A DNA stretch of 64,000 bases, taken from contig NC_043001.1 of assembly GCF_006345805.1 (NCBI RefSeq), positions 100,936,001 through 101,000,000 of the forward strand, in the 5' to 3' direction. Below the pieces are notes generated by a model. It was given only the letters and a program-made list of their open reading frames with translations, did no database searches and had not been told where the DNA came from. This document shows, in pieces, positions 13,291 through 25,699 of this stretch (its first letter is position 1; every line of letters starts with the position of its first letter). The position numbers and the translations under genes are program-made. This DNA is from Octopus sinensis. Its lineage: Eukaryota.

Positions 13291-13914
13291 TACATATATT
13301 TACATAAAAATGCATTACTATTAAACCGTACCACAAACACCCACAAAATGCAAAAAAAAAAACAAAAAACAAAACAAAAACAAAGAAACAACAGCTGAAA
13401 TAACAAATATATCACCATATTTTTGTTGTTATTGGTGTTGTTGTTTCTTTTCTTTCTTTCATGTTAATTATAATGTTCCTATTTGCTTGATTTATTTTAA
13501 TTTTCTGTCATTTCTCTCGACTATTTGTTATTTGATGTTTTATTTATATATTTTGCTGTGTTCTGTGTAATTTCCTGGTTTTGTTATCAGCAAGTTTGGA
13601 TATCTTCATTAATATAATTTGTGTTGCTTTACAATATTAATAGATTATTTGCTGATACTGTTTAATCGAGGAGGAACCGGGTAACTCCTGATCGACTCTT
13701 ATCGCAACCATATTATTGTTAGAAAACAGAAAAAAAATTGTAGATACACTTTTATACAAGAGTATATTCATATCTGTGTGTGTGTGTGTGTGTGTGTGTA
13801 AATAGGGTGAGAGAGATGGAAAGAGAATTATGAGGTTGTCTTTGCAAATATTTCCACAGACAAAAAAGCTAAAAATAATAGCTAATGTTATTGTCATCCT
13901 ATCAACTATGGGAA

Positions 13915-14335
13915 CAAGGCCTGAAATGTGATGGGAGGTGGGATGTGGGCTTGTCGATTACGTCGACCCCAGTACTAACCTGGAACATGTTGTATCGACT
14001 CGGAAATGATAAAAGGCAAACTTGACCTTTGTGGAATTTGAACTCAGAACATAAAGCTAGATGAAATTCCACTAAGTATCTCAACCAGCCAACATTTTTT
14101 CTGGCTCACCATTTTAAATAATCCTTTCTACTAAAGGCACAAGGCCTGAAATTTGGTAGGAGGGGACTAGTTGATAACATCAACCCCAGTGCGTAACTGG
14201 TACTTAATTTATCGACTCTGAAAGGATGAAAGGCACAGTTGACCTTGGCAGAATTTGAACCCAGAATGTAGTGATGGGCCAAATACTGCTAAGCATTTTG
14301 CCTGGCATGCTAACGATTCTGCCAGCTCACCACCT
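13915..14335 (-). mobile_element. Two adjacent SINE family B copies (about 13915-14080 and 14120-14335)
   Basis: Minus strand gagctggcagaatcgttagcatgcc...ggttcaaattc...gcctttcatcctttc.g.gtcgataaattaagtaccag; same family at 14920, 19342, 20805, 24535, 43485, 56980. Confidence 0.8.
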
Positions 14336-14346
14336 TCATCACTTTA

Positions 14347-14903
<557 letters not shown>

Positions 14904-14919
14904 ATAATAATAATAATAA

Positions 14920-15130
14920 GCTGTTCTACTGAAGGTACAAGGCTTGAAATTTGAGGGGTGGGAGCAAGTTGATTAGCATGACCCCAGTGTTTCACTGGTA
15001 ATTAATTTATCAACCCTGAAAGGATAAAAGGCAAAGTCAGCTTTGGCAGAATTTGAACTCAGAACATAGAGATGCATAAAATGCCTCCAAGCATTTTGCC
15101 TGGCATGCAATTGGTTCTGCCAGCTGGACG
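14920..15130 (-). mobile_element. SINE family B copy
   Basis: Same motifs as 14120-14335. Confidence 0.8.
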
Positions 15131-15239
15131 ACATAAAGGTTTATGCAAAAAACGATAAATATTATAGGCACTAGTGACATCAATATTATGAATTCTAGAA
15201 AATCTGGACATTTTGGGGAGAATTCTCTGTCTATGTTAA

Positions 15240-15462
15240 CCCATTAAGTCCCACTGTCCTAGAAATAGGACACTAAATGAGAACATTAAATAAGCTATAT
15301 CACATTGTCTCAGTGTCCTATTTATAGGACACCCAGTATTTCTATTTCTACTTGAAGTAAAGGAGTTTAAATAATAATTTTTTTCACTTTAACCTATTTT
15401 CAATCATCTGTAAAAATTTAAAAGTAATATTCAGAAATTTAAGTACTCTGGGACTTAATGGG
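15240..15462. mobile_element. piggyBac-type MITE
   Basis: TTAA|CCCATTAAGTCCCA ... TGGGACTTAATGGG|TTGA: 14-bp TIR starting CCC, with the right TTAA site carrying one substitution. Confidence 0.75.
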
Positions 15463-15559
15463 TTGAAACAAAAAACAGACCTTATCAGTTGGTTCAACGT
15501 GTCTCAAAGACTGAAAAAGATGGTTCTGCAATATCTTGCTGAACACTTTGCACAAATGA

Positions 15560-15780
15560 TTGGTTTCTAGGGATCAAATGTGTGTGCTCACTTCCTCCAT
15601 CAAATCCTCGTTTCCTAAACAGGTGTGTCACACATCAGGTGTTGAATGATCACTAAGCAATGTGAGATGGAGTGTTTTGCTCCAGAACACAATGCACCTC
15701 CTGGTCCAGGTATTGAAACCAAGATTTCTTGTCTGTGAGTGTAACAGTCTCACCACTGGGCCATGCATCCTCACCAATGG
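15560..15780 (-). mobile_element. tRNA-derived SINE, third family
   Basis: Minus strand head ggatgcatggcccagtggtgag...ggtttcaatacc then tggagcaaaacact; similar heads at 23985-24015 and 24225-24295. Confidence 0.55.
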
Positions 15781-16419
15781 GCCATCATAGAGCTTGTTAT
15801 ATCACAGAAATGTTTAAAAACGAATTAATGACAACAGATATAGTTCTCCCAGAGTTTACAGAATAATCTAACAGCTACACGTTAGATAGTGATAGAAAAT
15901 CATTTTGGTCTGAAAATAATAGCTAAAAAATGCGAGCACAATTAAATAGATGTCATATCCAACAAATAGAAAAATATATAAGCTGCATAACAAAGAGAAA
16001 AGGTTTTCATATATTAACGTGGATTGTAACTACTTGCTCATAGTTTTTAAAAACTGACCAGAAATATTGGCGGAAGATCTCACTTGTCTAATAAAGAAAT
16101 CTTTGATACAGCTGCACACTATTATAATAATGCAGCAGAAGCTATCAGCTTAATGATAATATTAAATACATCTTTAATCTTTTCTGCCCGCAAACAGAAA
16201 GACATGTCATAATATTATCTGGTTCATTTCTCTTTTCTTGCTAATGTTTAATCTAAGGTAGTTCAAATTTGGTTAGTCTTGATATATAATCATTTTCCTC
16301 TTAACCATTGTTATAAGAAATTATTTCATAAAAGAATTAAACATAATTATTAGTACAAGCAGTATAAAACCTCCTTATAAGAAATAACTCAACTATTTTA
16401 AAAACTGTAAATTATTCAG

Positions 16420-16737
16420 GATGTGGAACCGAGTGCCTTCTTGGTTTTATTGCGATTCCTCTATTGCAATGAAGTCCAAATTAATCCTGAGACCATCATG
16501 ACTACTCTGTATGCTGCTAAAAAATACTCTGTGCCAGCACTGGAGAAGGAATGTGTTGAATTTTTGAAAGGTAACCTCTCCAGTGACAATGGCTTTTTGT
16601 TGCTCAGCCAAGTGAGACTGTTTGATGAGTCACCATTAGCTTCACTCTGCCTGGAAACTATTCATGAAAATACTTCGGAGACCCTCACAGCTGAAGGCTT
16701 CACAGAGACTATTGCAGTACCAAATAAAGTGCAGTGA
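16420..16737 (+). pseudogene. Isolated BTBD1/BTBD2-like BTB-BACK coding fragment
   Basis: [81 protein letters not shown]...TAEGFTE matches recalled BTBD1/2 ([41 protein letters not shown]...[22 protein letters not shown]...TAEGFTD). In-frame TAA at 16408, homology stops after AEGFTE, no partner exons found. Confidence 0.8.
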
Positions 16738-16859
16738 AGCAGACTGACAGACACAGACAGACTGGCAGACAGACTGACAGACAGGCAGAGACATATGTAT
16801 CTTAAGCTTCATCTCAAGAAAGGCTACTTTTCTGACTGACAAGCAATTGCTCACCACTA

Positions 16860-17165
16860 CAAATTGCAGCCTGCAGAGGTGCTGTCTTCTCTCTCTTTTG
16901 CTATAATTACCCTGACCATTACTCCTTAGAGTTAACTGGTCTAATGCCACATCCATTCAAGTACTCCTGATTCATTTCTCACCGCCTCATTACCAATATT
17001 GTATCTCCCACCACAACAACCACCACAACCAGTCAAGCTCCAGGTTAATTACTCCACTTGGTCATTTTCCCTAGTGTGTAACAGCCTACACACGTCTTTC
17101 CTGCAGTTGTGGACCTACAAATGTAAAAAAGGGTTGCGCCAGTTGCTTTTGCTAGCTTTCCCCCA
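16860..17165 (+). mobile_element. Possible degraded CR1/L2-type LINE 3' end
   Basis: YNYPDHYSLELTGLMPHP resembles the YRY.HG.CS.EL..L.P motif of L2/CR1-group C-termini, followed by a weakly similar 3' segment. Confidence 0.35.
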
Positions 17166-17171
17166 TTCTGA

Positions 17172-17760
17172 TATCATCATCATCATCATCGTTTAATGAC
17201 CAATTTCCGTGCTGGCAGGGGTTGGACAGTTTGGCTGAGGTTTGGAAAGCTTGGAGGCTGCAACAAGCTCCAATCTGATCCAGCAAGGTTTCTACAGCTG
17301 GATGCCCTTCCTAATGCCAACCACTCTGAGAGTGTAGTGGGTGCTTCTTACGAGCCACTAGCACAGGAGCCACTCAGGCAGGCCTGGCATCAATCATGTT
17401 CAGATAGTGCTTCTTGCGTGCCACCAGCACAGGGGCCACTCAGCCAGGCCTGGCATCAATCATGTTAAGATAGTGCTTCTTATGTGCCACCAGCACAGGG
17501 GCCACTCAGCCAGGCCTGGCATCAATCATGTTCAGATGGTGCTTTTTACGTGCCACTGGCACAGGAGCCACTCAGCCAGGCCTGGCATCAATCATGTTCA
17601 GATAGTTTTTCTTACGTTCCACCAGCACTGGGGCCACTCAGCCAGGCCTGGCATCAATCATGTTCAGATAGTGCTTCTTATGTTCCACCAGCACAGGGGC
17701 CACTCAGGCAGGCCTGGCATCAGCCATGTCCGGATGATGCTTTTTATGTGCCATTCAAAC
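17172..17760 (-). mobile_element. RTE 3' UTR copy with a 66-bp tandem array (about 6.3 units)
   Basis: (CAT)n tail at about 17175; units start at 17341, 17407, 17473, 17539 and so on. Source of ORFs 17407..17901 and 17484..17786. Confidence 0.85.
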
Positions 17761-18570
17761 TTAATGTTTTTCTCCAGCATTTTTAGTTCTTTGTTTGTTG
17801 AAGAGACCCAAAGCAGTTCGGTGAAAGCCATTTCTTGGAAGCCAGTTTTTTGCCTCCTTAGAAGTCATGAGGTTAATGAGATAGCTATGCAGAACAGTTA
17901 ATCAGATAATCAGCTAATTCCGTAGCACAGAAGGATGACATCACCGGTGATGTCATCTTAGACCATGGGAGTGTTCCATGGTAAACCTGTCTTCTATGGG
18001 ATGATGTGTAACAGGTGATTGTCAATGTTGGTCTTCCTTGTCACCATCATCATCACCACCACCACCACCATTGCAGCTGCCGCCACTGCTGCCGTCGTTG
18101 TCGTCGTCGTCCACCTCCTCCTCCTCCTCCTCCCCTTCCTTATCATCATCATCAGCAGCAGCAGCTGTATCTTCAGTAAAATCTTACCTAGGTCTAGCGC
18201 CAGGTAAAAACAGTTGTTTTTCCCACATGCCTTGCGTTCTTATGTTTCCTGAAACGGTCTCACAAGTGGGTTTTAAGGTTATTTGTCCTTAAAGAATGCA
18301 CAAGGAACAAGCAAGGAGTTCACTCTCTGCAAGTACGACTTGACGCATGACATATCCATCACGTTCCTACATCCATATTCTTCACTTTGGCACAATTGTT
18401 CCATGAGCGACTCTCCATGGTTATGAGAGTGTAAGACATAAATTAAGTATCCGTTTACTTAATATTCGGAATTGTAAGGCTGTTGGCAAGAAATCATTCA
18501 AATACTTCCCATCACCACCACCACCCGTACCACCACCACCCGTACCACCACCACCCGTACCACCACCACC

Positions 18571-18605
<35 letters not shown>

Positions 18606-19320
18606 TCTTAATGATTGTACTAGAGTTTTTGTTGGAAATAGTATTGTCGTAGCGGTGATAGTTACCGTTACAATAGCAATAGCTACAGTTGTAGTCGTAT
18701 TATCATGTGATGTGTTTTTCTATTTTTATTTTTATGAACGTGTGTGTGTGTGTGTGTAAGGAGGAGGTGGTGATGGCTTCCCTTTCAGGCAATTTATATT
18801 CTTTGAAATCAAAGTGAAAATACAATATTGTCTTTTAAAAGAGATTCAGCTCAGTTGAATGTACATAAATTACTTGGAAATTCTGAAAGCTCTGTATCTC
18901 TTCGAAGATTCACTATAAGTTTCCTACTGATTTTAACTGGCTACACTGAAATACGTTTCATTTATCTTATTCACATATCATTCTAATGGATTCTCACCAC
19001 ATACTATTCTATCTTCGAGAATGGAAAATTACATGTCTACATTCTTCACTCTATATATTTTGTTGTTGATTCTTTCCCCGAAATATTTAAAATATTCCCA
19101 CCCAATACTCTTATAATTGTATTCCAAAGAGACTTCAAAAATAATATAAATAAAAACAAATTTATTGTTACCAAGTACAAATTTCTGGTAAGTACCTTGC
19201 AAACCATTTCTGAAGTTTCGGATCAATTTTTAGTTTTTATATTGCTTGATCCTGTTCAAGACAATAGACTAAAAACAGACGATGTTAAATAAACCGACAT
19301 GTCCTGAATATATGGAATAA

Positions 19321-19695
19321 GCATAGCTGTGTGGTAAGAAGGTGGCGAGCTGGCAGAAACGTTAGCATGCCGGGTGAAATGCTTAGAGGTATTTCGTCTG
19401 TTGCTATGTTCTGAGTTCAAATTCCACCAAGGTCCACTTTGCTTTTCATCCTTTCGGGGTCGATATAATTGACTTAATCCATTTGTCTGTCCTTCTTTGT
19501 ACCCTGTGTGTAGTCCCTTGTGGGCAGTAAAGAAATAAGAAGTTTTGTTCCCAGCCACATGGTTCTTGGTTCAGTCACACTGCATGGCACCTTGGGTAAA
19601 GTATCTTCAAGATCTGTTTGACTAAAAGTTTTCAAGGCAGTGCCCTAGTATGGCCACAGTCTAATGACAGAAACAAGTAAAAGATAAACGATAAT
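19321..19695 (+). mobile_element. SINE B (19342-19535) nested in a SINE A head with 7-bp TSD
   Basis: TAAGAAG at 19335-19341 and 19536-19542; removing the insert restores gctgtgtggtaagaag...ccacatggtt...ggttcagtc...ccttggg. Confidence 0.8.
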
Positions 19696-19877
19696 AGATA
19701 CAGCATGCAGTAATAATCCAATAATCCATTTAGGGTCATGTGGTATTAACATTTTAAACAAGGAGCAAAATAACGGAATGCATTATGTTGTGGACTCCTG
19801 TTTCATAAGTTTTACATTCAAGTTCAATACAAATTGTATTGATTCTATATCGATATAGATATCAGAAAAAAACAATA

Positions 19878-20590
19878 GATCATCATCATCATTATCATCA
19901 TCATCATCATCATCGTTTAACGTCCGTTTTCTATGCTAGCATGGGTTGGATCATTCAACCGGGCTCTGGGAGGCCAGGAGGCTGCACCAGGATCCAGTCT
20001 GATATGGAGGTGTTTCTACAGCTGGATGCCCATCCTAACGCCAACCACTCCGTGAGTGTAGTGGGTGCTTTTTACATTCCACTGGCACAGGGGCCAGAGT
20101 AGACTGGCAATGGCCACGGTCGGTTGGTGCTTTTTACCTGCCACCAGCACACGGATCCCAACTACAATTTCCATTTGATTTTCATTTTGGTGTTGATGTA
20201 CTTGACTCAAAAAGTCTCCTCAAGCACAGCAGGTCGCCCTACGATGCAAGGTCCTTTTGAATGGGCTGAGGCTGGGGCTGGTTATGCAAAATTGGTGTAG
20301 GATACAGCCGTGAACTCACTTTATTTGCTGGGTCTTCGCAGTCACAGCATACCTCCAGAGGTCTCGGTATTTCGTCATTGCCTCTGTGAGGCCCAACGTT
20401 TGAAGATCGTGCTTCACCACCTCATCCCATGTCTTCCTGGGTCTACCTCTTCCCTGGATTCTTTCAACTGTTTGGTAGTGGCATTTCTTCACACAGTTCT
20501 CCTCATCCATCCGTAGTACATGACCATACCAATGCAAACGTCTCTCTTGCACACCACATCCAATGCTTCCTATGTCCAACATCTTGTGGA
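19878..20590 (-). mobile_element. 5'-truncated RTE copy with RT C-terminus and 3' UTR
   Basis: CGVQERRLHWYGHVLRMDEENCVKKC...GRGRPRKTWDEVVKHDLQTLGLT...DLWRYAV is closely similar to the C-terminus of ORF 49135..51177; (CAT)n tail at about 19880. Confidence 0.9.
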
Positions 20591-20804
20591 ATATCATCGT
20601 GTTGCAAGGGGAAAGATCTGACTGCCTTATTTTTTTAGGGCTGGTAGAATGTTCTGTGGTCACTCTATTATTTTCACAGCAATGTTGTATGGAAAAATCT
20701 AGTTCAACTGCTGAAAATTTGACAAAGCTGGTAAAAAGTAACAAAATGAACTTTTGTGAAACTTCGCTTACTTTTTACTATCATGTTTAAAAACTGGTTT
20801 AAAA

Positions 20805-21005
20805 TTTTGGTACAAGGCCAGCAATTTTGGGGGAGGGGTACATCGATTACATCAGCCCCAGTATGCAACTGGTAGTTATTTTATCAAGTCTGAAAGTGTG
20901 AAAGGCAAAGTTGAACTTGGTGGAATTTGAACTCAGAACATAACAACAGACAAAATGCCACTTACCATTTTGCCTGGCATGCCAACGTTCCTGCCAGCTC
21001 ACCAC
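20805..21005 (-). mobile_element. SINE family B copy
   Basis: Family B motifs on the minus strand. Confidence 0.75.
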
Positions 21006-21059
21006 CTGCTCTTGCTTAAACATCGTGTTGCGAAAGTATGTATGAAGCACTCACTTTAT

Positions 21060-21960
21060 TCATCTGGAAACCTCAGCCTTCCTAGATTACAACATAGATA
21101 TTTAACTGCAGAACCAAGTACCCCAATAACTATGGTCATAAATCTAAATTATTATCTGGGTGGAGCAGCTCTAGGTTTTGAAGATGTAGTTCTTCAATAT
21201 TCTCTTTACCATTGATTTTGAATAAAATATCCATATCTGCAGGGTAAATGACCTCTCAAACTAATTCATCTGTCTTTTCCTTCCCAAGCAACGATATCAG
21301 ACCTGTTATGTTTACACTTGGTGGAAGTTTAGATAGCAATGTTCTACCAATAATGCTTGTGTTGATAATTTTATATGAATTCAATAACTGAAATATTTTC
21401 TATATTTTCAAGCAGCCTTTTCTACTGATGACAATGATATATATTGTTTTAGCAACAACATGGTTCCACATTGGAAGGTCATCTATAAATGTCAATTTTG
21501 AACAGCTGTTGATCACCTGTCAAATATTTTCCTCACGACTGTCACGTAATCAACGTTTCTGGTCTCATCTTGGGGATTAAAGTGCTTCTCTGTTTCTTTT
21601 ATTTGTTATGTATTTTCTCACTATCTCTGCTAACCTTCAAAATGTGATGCAAGATCACAAGACCAAGAGAAACCACACTGCCTGTCAATAAAGCATCACT
21701 CACATTTTATTGGAACATACTCAGGCATAAACGTTTTTTTTAAGTATCATTTTTGGTCGGTAGAGTGTTTCTCTTCCAGAACCTTGATGAGGAATGATAG
21801 CCAAGCAATCCTGGGGTTACATTGCATAATATCTAAGAATGAACTCGTATTGAAGAGCAGTTCAATCTTCATCCATAGCATGTTATTCTCTTCACTTTTG
21901 AAGAATTGGTTTGTGTATTTGACGCGCCAGCGCCTGCCTGGATATCTAAATACTTATATA
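21060..21960 (-). mobile_element. Heavily degraded RLE-type non-LTR retrotransposon 3' portion
   Basis: Across frames: SHFEG...KYITNKRNRE, VINSCSKL...LPMWNHVVAKTIY (decayed zinc-knuckle region), KCKHNRSDIVAW, EVIYPADMDI...KENI, IVIGVLG. Confidence 0.6.
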
Positions 21961-22254
21961 CTAGTTGCGTTCCACAAGTTTTGAAATGTCTTTGAAGTGA
22001 GGCAGTTATAACTGCCCTAAATTACTATAATTTTCGTATATTGTTATTATACATCAAATAAGCTGACCTGCCAATGTGAAATATGTGAAAGAATCTGTCT
22101 CTCTTGTTGATTTCAAGAGCCATATGAGGGGACATGAAGAAGCAGATGCAGTACCCCTTGCAGGTGCTTTGAAGTGCAACATGTATGACCTGAAGTATCA
22201 TCTATGAAGAAATTCCAAGACATCATACCTGAGGATCACTTGACACAATGCATG

Positions 22255-22261
22255 ATGTGTA

Positions 22262-22308
<47 letters not shown>

Positions 22309-22560
22309 ATGTATGTATGTATGTAGGTAGGTAGGTAGGTAGGTAGGTAGGTAAGTAGATAGGCAGGTAGGCAGGCAGGTAGGCAGGCAGGCAGGTAGGT
22401 AGGTAGGCAGGCAGGCAAGCAAGCAGGCAGGTAGGTAGGTAGGTAGGTAGGTGGGTGGGTGGGTAGGTAGATAGGTAGATGGGTAGGTAGGTGGGTAGGT
22501 AGGTAGGTAGGTAGGTAGGTAGGTAGGTAGGTCTTAAGTGGTTAGGTCAGTTATGTAGAT
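22255..22560. repeat. Mosaic tetranucleotide array (TCTG)(TATG)(TAGG)(CAGG)(TGGG)
   Basis: Directly visible. Confidence 0.95.
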
Positions 22561-23669
22561 TGTTAGTTACTTAGTTAATTATGCTGGTAGGTAGAAAGGT
22601 AGGAAGATAGGCAAGCAAATAGGTTGGTACATAGATAAGTAGGTAGGTAGATAAATAGATAAGTAGAAAGATAGGTAGATCGATAAATAGGTACATAGAC
22701 AGGTAAGAACACTGGTAGTACAGACAGACACACACATACACACACAAAAGCAGACACACACACACACACACAAGGAGACAAAAACACATGACCATACACA
22801 TTCACCACACACATGCAAACACACATGGACATATATAGACGCACATGCATAGAGAACTGGTAGACGTGCATACACACATAATCATATGCATAGATACACT
22901 CCAGCATGCATGCACAAGGAAACAGAAGCCAACACACGTGTGCACACACACACACACATACACACACACATGAATACGCAGGAGAATACATACACACATA
23001 CATACATATGCAAGCACACACACACATACTGGCATGCACACCAGGTGCCTGCAGCAATGTCTCAAGCAAACACATGTGGCCTTCACGATGGACAAAGACA
23101 GAAGTCATTGAAAAGGTTGCAAGAAGCAACGAAAGAGCTTTAACAAACAAAAACAAAATCAATGACTTACTGTTCAACCGAATTAAACAAACAATCGATT
23201 AGTTAGTTGGATATTTAAACAACTGACTAATGATAAAGGAATTGGACCAGTGCATGTGTTAATGATATTGGCATAATGACTTTCTCTAGACACAACAAAA
23301 TTTGTTTCAACACACAAATTCACATAAAGAATCTAGCAAACCAGATACAAAAAGGAAATATTAAACTTACTCAATGTCTTATTTGTGGAATTTATCTCTT
23401 GCTTTGTTTCATTTGCCCATAAAGCTGTTCTAGCAAATAGAGCTTAGGTTAGAATTCCCTAAGATACATTTAGAAGAATTCATTCTATATATATCATCTT
23501 TATTGTCCATATTTGGTCATTAAGCTCTTAGCCCCACTGTATAAAAGAGTACCACATTTAATTACCTGCATTAATATATTTTGCCAGGCACTTCATGAAT
23601 ATATGTCTAATGCTTCTAGATCAGCCAGTAAATTGAATACCCACTGACTGTTTTCATTTCTATATGTAT

Positions 23670-24015
23670 CGTGGCACTCTGTTAGTTACGACAATGAGGA
23701 GGGTTCCAGTTGATCCGATCAACGGAACAGCCTGCTCCTGAAATTAACATGCAAGTGGCTGAGAACTCTACAGATATGTGTACCCTTAACGTAGCTCTCG
23801 GGAATATTCAGTGTGACACAGTGTGACAAGGCTGGCCCTTTGAAATACAGGTACAACAGAAACAGGTAGGAAGAGTGAGAGAAAGTTGCGATGAAAGAGC
23901 ACAGCAGGGTTCACCACCAACCCCGGCCAGAGCCTCGTGGAGCTTTAAGTATTTTCATTCAATAAACACTCACAACGCCTGGTCTGCCCTAACCACCAGA
24001 CCATTGCACCTCCAC
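23670..24015 (-). mobile_element. Probable SINE/repeat copy with partial tRNA-like head
   Basis: Minus strand ggaggtgcaatggtctggtggttagggcagacc at the right end, matching the head at 24225-24295. Confidence 0.45.
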
Positions 24016-24534
24016 ATATATATTGTACATACAATCCAAAACACAAAACTCTACTAGAGAAGCATATTTACATCCCATAGTTCAGCGTTAGATTATACAG
24101 TGAAATAATTAAAGAAAAACAAAAATACTCAAATGTACAACAACAACAACAATAATAATGATGATGACCATGAAGATAGTAGTAATGATTTCTACCAAAA
24201 GCACAAAGCTTAAAGTTTGAGGGTCTGGGAATCGAAACCATGACCTACGATCACGTGTCTGCTGCCCTAACCACCGGGCCATTGCATCTCCCTATAGATA
24301 TCTGTAACACTGATGAGTATCTAGTTTTGTCAATATTAATTTTATTTGTAAATAATTGTCATGAAATATAATTAAATCTGTTTCATCGTAGTAATGACAG
24401 TTGTAAGATGACTCTACAATGAATTACATCTGAACCAAAACATTTCAATTTAGTTGCATATACCTTTAACTTCTGTGAAACTGGATCTGTGGAACTTAGT
24501 CTCTTACTAATATTTCAGACTGGATGACAAGGCA

Positions 24535-24735
24535 GTGAGAGGCTGGCTGAATCGTTACCATGCAAGCAAATGGCTTAGTGGCATTTCATCCATCTTTGTG
24601 TTCCGAGTTTAAATTCCACCATGGTCCTTTGCATCCTGTTGGGGAAAACAAAATAAGTACCAGTAGCATACTGGGGTTGATGCAGTTGACTTAATCCTAC
24701 CCTCCTGAAATTGCTGACCTCATGCCCATATTTGA
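24535..24735 (+). mobile_element. Diverged SINE family B copy
   Basis: ggctggctgaatcgttacc...gagtttaaattcc...ataagtaccagtagcatactggggttgatg. Confidence 0.7.
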
Positions 24736-25584
24736 AATATCACAGACTGATTTCTGTGTCTCTTTTCTCAGACACTTGAGTGCCGGCCCAAAGCACTCTT
24801 ACATTTATCAATGCTTACCTAGGTGCACAGATGTATTCTGCATATATTTCAAAGGCTAATCAATCTTGTACTGTGTTTTTGTAATGCTGCATATTTCGTT
24901 CACTGCGTTCAGCTGCATTAGGATTTGCGCCGTATGAGTATATTTTTGATATTTACTTGTGTGCGTATCTATGTCTAATATATGTTGTGTGTGGTGTGTG
25001 AGCTTGCCTATGTGAGTGTCCAACACTACAAAGAAAATAGCAATATCCTGTTGGCAATGATGACTATGATTGGATGATAATGAGAAAGAAAACAATTGCT
25101 GTGAATTATGGGGAGAAACAATGAAATAAAAAGCAGGGCACAAGGAATCTTATAAGTTACTAATGGCTGTAAGGTTGGTGTGAACGAAACTTTGAACTGT
25201 AAGATTGAGAGTGAAAAAGAATAAATGAGAGAACGAAGGGTTACAGGAGAGACGTGGAAGCCGGAAGAAAAAGAAGAAATTGTGGATTTAATATTGGTTT
25301 ATTGAGTGTTTATTCATGGCAAGTGTTTCCATGCGTTCGATTAGATTGTAAACTCCAGTTGCTTGAATTTAGTTATATTTACAGCATTGAGATTCCATGT
25401 CATGTGTAGATTACTATAAAGTGTAACTAAAACTAATGCACTTGTGACTTGGACAGAGGTCTTGGAAATGTGTGTCCTGCACCTGGTAAAGCTTCGCATA
25501 ACTTTGGAGAAGAAGTCGTAAACACAAACCATAAAACAAATAAGTCTGTAGTTATTGAAAATTTTCCAGAGTATTATCAATATA

Positions 25585-25699
25585 ATGTCGTGTGTATGTG
25601 TGTGTGTGTGTGTTTGTGTATGTTTATATGTATGTGTATTTTATATGCATATATATTATACATATATAAGTGTGAGATGTGTGTGTGTGTATAGATATA

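Noticed and set aside
17341-17760. CRISPR-like periodic array (also 37103-37484 and 48685-48965)
   Set aside because: Whole units repeat with no unique spacers, there are no cas genes and the context is eukaryotic; these are tandem repeats.
17407-17901. 164-aa ORF with 22-aa His/Cys repeats resembling a zinc-finger array
   Set aside because: It is a translation of the 66-bp RTE UTR array on the antisense strand; the spacing does not fit C2H2.
20600-20790. SDLSPCN as the mariner YSPDLAP motif upstream of the RTE fragment
   Set aside because: Only a partial motif; the surrounding sequence does not support it.
21600-22000. piggyBac transposase C-terminus
   Set aside because: Initial impression; ordered motifs downstream fit an RLE non-LTR element better.
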